Source: Candidatus Aceula meridiana (GTDB lineage Bacteria; Omnitrophota; Gorgyraeia; Zapsychrales; Aceulaceae). Taken from it: a stretch of 64,000 nt of DNA. The stretch covers positions 17,276 to 81,275 of the forward strand of contig JAVCDE010000026.1 in NCBI GenBank assembly GCA_030765185.1, read 5' to 3'. The notes under the pieces are model-generated. The model made no database searches and was not told the DNA's origin. It worked only from the letters and a program-made list of their open reading frames with translations. Below are positions 62,103-64,000 of the stretch, one piece after another. A program made the position numbers and the translations under genes. Within the stretch, counting starts at the first letter, position 1; each line of letters begins with the position of its first letter.

Positions 62103-62900
62103 ATGAATAAAAAAAATTATGCGCTTGGTGTTTTTGATTCAGGGCTAGGGGGCTTAACGGTTGTCCGCGAACTAAAGCGGCAGTTACCCAAGGAAGACAT
62201 TGTTTATTTTGGGGATACGGCACGTGTTCCTTATGGGACAAAGTCAGCGCAGTCTATTGTTCAGTTTTCGGAAGAGAACGTTCAGTTTTTACTAAAACAT
62301 AAAGTTAAAATTATTGTAGTTGCCTGCAATTCTTCATCGAGTTTTGCCATTTCGGTATTAAGAAAGAAATTTTCTTTACCCGTTGTCGGTGTTATCGAAC
62401 CCGGCGCTAAAAAAGCTATTGAAGTTTCAAAGAATAAAAAAGTCGGTGTTATTGCAACGTCAGCAACCATTCAAAGCGGTAAGTATTCTAAGACGATAAA
62501 ACGGTTAAGCAAAAAGATGAAAGTGGTAAGCCAGGCCTGTCCTTTGCTTGTTCCTCTCGTGGAAGAAGGGTGGTTTGAGAAGAAGGCTACTTTTGATATT
62601 GCCAAAGAGTATCTTTTGACGATTAAAAAGTCTGGCGCAGATGTGGTTATCTTAGGTTGTACGCATTATCCGATTTTAAAGCCTGTTATCAGCCGGGTTT
62701 TAGGGCGAAGGGTGAACCTGATTGATTCTGCAAAAGAAGTTGCGTGCGAAGTTAAAGCAATTCTTAAAAAGCATAATCTTTCCCAAGACAAGAAGCGCAA
62801 GGGAAGCTGTAAGGTTTTTGTCAGTGATAAGCCGCAGCATTTTAAAAAGTTGGCAAAACGTTTTTTAGGGTATAATATAGGCCATATTAAGAAGGTATGA
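62103..62900 (+). CDS. murI: glutamate racemase
   Basis: The catalytic Cys blocks are GVFDSGLGGLTV, VVACNSSS and LGCTHYP. Confidence 0.9.
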   Translation: MNKKNYALGVFDSGLGGLTVVRELKRQLPKEDIVYFGDTARVPYGTKSAQSIVQFSEENVQFLLKHKVKIIVVACNSSSSFAISVLRKKFSLPVVGVIEPGAKKAIEVSKNKKVGVIATSATIQSGKYSKTIKRLSKKMKVVSQACPLLVPLVEEGWFEKKATFDIAKEYLLTIKKSGADVVILGCTHYPILKPVISRVLGRRVNLIDSAKEVACEVKAILKKHNLSQDKKRKGSCKVFVSDKPQHFKKLAKRFLGYNIGHIKKV

Positions 62901-62903
62901 TTT

Positions 62904-63263
62904 ATGTATAAACTAACAGTCAAAGGCGATTTTGCCGCATCCCATAGCTTGCGTAATTATGAAGGCAAGTGTAAAAATTTGCATGGCCATACCTGGAAAG
63001 TTGATGTCGGGATTTCTGGCAAAGAATTAAACGCAACAGGAATGTTGGTTGATTTTAAAGAAATTAAGAACAGCCTTAAAAACGTTTTAGAACAGTTTGA
63101 TCATCAGCACCTCAACGACCTTGAGCCGTTTCAGAAAATTAATCCCACATCTGAGAATATTGCCAAGGTTATTTTTGATAAAATATCCAAAGAAAATGCT
63201 TGTGCCGTCTCTGAAGTAACGGTTTGGGAATCTGAAAACGCAAGCGCTACGTATTCTCCATGA
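62904..63263 (+). CDS. queD: 6-carboxy-5,6,7,8-tetrahydropterin synthase
   Basis: AASHSL...CKNLHGHTW...DHQHLND is the Cys-x-x-His-Gly-His zinc/catalytic motif of QueD/PTPS. Confidence 0.85.
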   Translation: MYKLTVKGDFAASHSLRNYEGKCKNLHGHTWKVDVGISGKELNATGMLVDFKEIKNSLKNVLEQFDHQHLNDLEPFQKINPTSENIAKVIFDKISKENACAVSEVTVWESENASATYSP

Positions 63264-63931
63264 AAACAAAAAAAGCCGTTGTGCTTGTTTCCGGTGGATT
63301 AGATTCAGCGACAACACTTTATTACGCTAAGAATAAAGGATTAGAGTGTTTTTGCCTCATTTTTGATTACGGCCAGCGTCATAAAAAAGAAATCCAAAAA
63401 GCAATCCGTATCGCAAAGGTTGCTAGCTGTTCCTTTAAAGTTGTGAAGATTGCTTTTCCCTGGAAGGGCTCGGCGCTTTTGGACAAGACGACGCGTTTGC
63501 CGCAAGGGCGTCCTTTGAAGAAAATAGTTAAAGAAATTCCTTCAACTTATGTCCCGTCAAGGAATATCATTTTCTTAAGCTTTGCAGCTTCTTATGCCGA
63601 GGCCATTGGTGCGCAGGAAATTTTTATCGGTGCCAATAGTTTAGATTACTCGGGTTATCCGGATTGCCGCCCGGAATTTTTTAAGTCTTTTCAGGCTGTT
63701 TTAAAGAAGGGAACAAAAGTAGGTGTCCAAAGCCAATCGATTAAGGTTCGCACGCCGTTAATTCAAAAAACAAAAGTCCAAATTATCCGTATGGGGCTAA
63801 AATTAGAAGTTCCGTATCAGCTGACGTGGTCTTGTTATCAGGGTGGCAAAAGACCATGTGGCAAGTGTGATAGCTGCCTTTTACGCCAAAAAGGCTTTAA
63901 GCAATTAGGGCAGAAGGACCCTTTATTATGA
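63260..63931 (+). CDS. queC: 7-cyano-7-deazaguanine synthase
   Basis: PP-loop AVVLVSGGLDSAT. C-terminal Zn motif CGKCDSC. Confidence 0.9.
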   Translation: MKTKKAVVLVSGGLDSATTLYYAKNKGLECFCLIFDYGQRHKKEIQKAIRIAKVASCSFKVVKIAFPWKGSALLDKTTRLPQGRPLKKIVKEIPSTYVPSRNIIFLSFAASYAEAIGAQEIFIGANSLDYSGYPDCRPEFFKSFQAVLKKGTKVGVQSQSIKVRTPLIQKTKVQIIRMGLKLEVPYQLTWSCYQGGKRPCGKCDSCLLRQKGFKQLGQKDPLL

Positions 63932-64000
63932 TGGGATTCTTTACTCCAAAAGCAAAAATTGTCGAAGTTTTTAAGTCTATCCAGGGTGAGGGAAAATACT
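63928..64000 (+). CDS. queE: 7-carboxy-7-deazaguanine synthase, N-terminal fragment (runs off window)
   Basis: MMGFFTPKAKIVEVFKSIQGEGKY contains the E.F.SIQGEG start of QueE. The ATG overlaps the queC stop (ATGA). Only 24 codons are in the window. Confidence 0.6.
   Translation, partial: MMGFFTPKAKIVEVFKSIQGEGKY

Overview
This is a low-GC (~38-40%) window from what looks like a Gram-negative (diderm) bacterium. Two parts stand out from an otherwise ordinary gene set.

(1) Giant gene, nt 1-24531 (+). It is a single uninterrupted ORF with no in-frame stop for 24.5 kb. The frame is already open at nt 1, so the gene continues upstream of the window and encodes at least 8,176 aa here. Its product is a mosaic of domains that are normally stand-alone proteins:
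- two Nudix boxes
- an LMW-PTP-like C-X5-R P-loop
- a 2H-phosphoesterase-like H-x-T-x pair
- GNAT-like segments
- an HD motif
- a RelA/SpoT-type (p)ppGpp-synthetase-like nucleotidyltransferase domain
- five copies of a ~95-aa module sitting in a near-identical ~1.67-kb tandem DNA duplication
- a fused double CrcB/Fluc fluoride-channel unit
- a complete ECF sigma-70 region 2 + region 4
- several predicted TM helices, TPR arrays and recurring linker motifs

It is followed by a 1,381-aa signal-peptide protein, a peptidase U32 family protein and a putative GT-C membrane glycosyltransferase. Giant ORFs of this kind are reminiscent of those reported in Omnitrophota-like lineages. That is inference only.

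(2) Housekeeping loci and a secretion cluster:
- yifB, a DUF212/YuiD-like gene, a LysM L,D-transpeptidase, accA and rlmN
- a PilZ + GT2 gene pair
- tRNA-Leu(CAA) and tRNA-Ala(GGC)
- a BirA-operator-controlled birA-bioF-bioH-bioC-bioD::bioA operon, with a BioD-BioA fusion and no bioB in the window
- mnmA and pgi
- a near-complete type II secretion-like cluster, gspE-F-G-H-I-J-K-L-M, a MerR-like regulator, gspA(exeA)-gspB-like-gspD; the GspE N-terminus carries an MshEN-type c-di-GMP-binding motif
- an AmiC-type amidase, murI and queD-queC-queE(partial)

No transposase, integrase or CRISPR array was seen.
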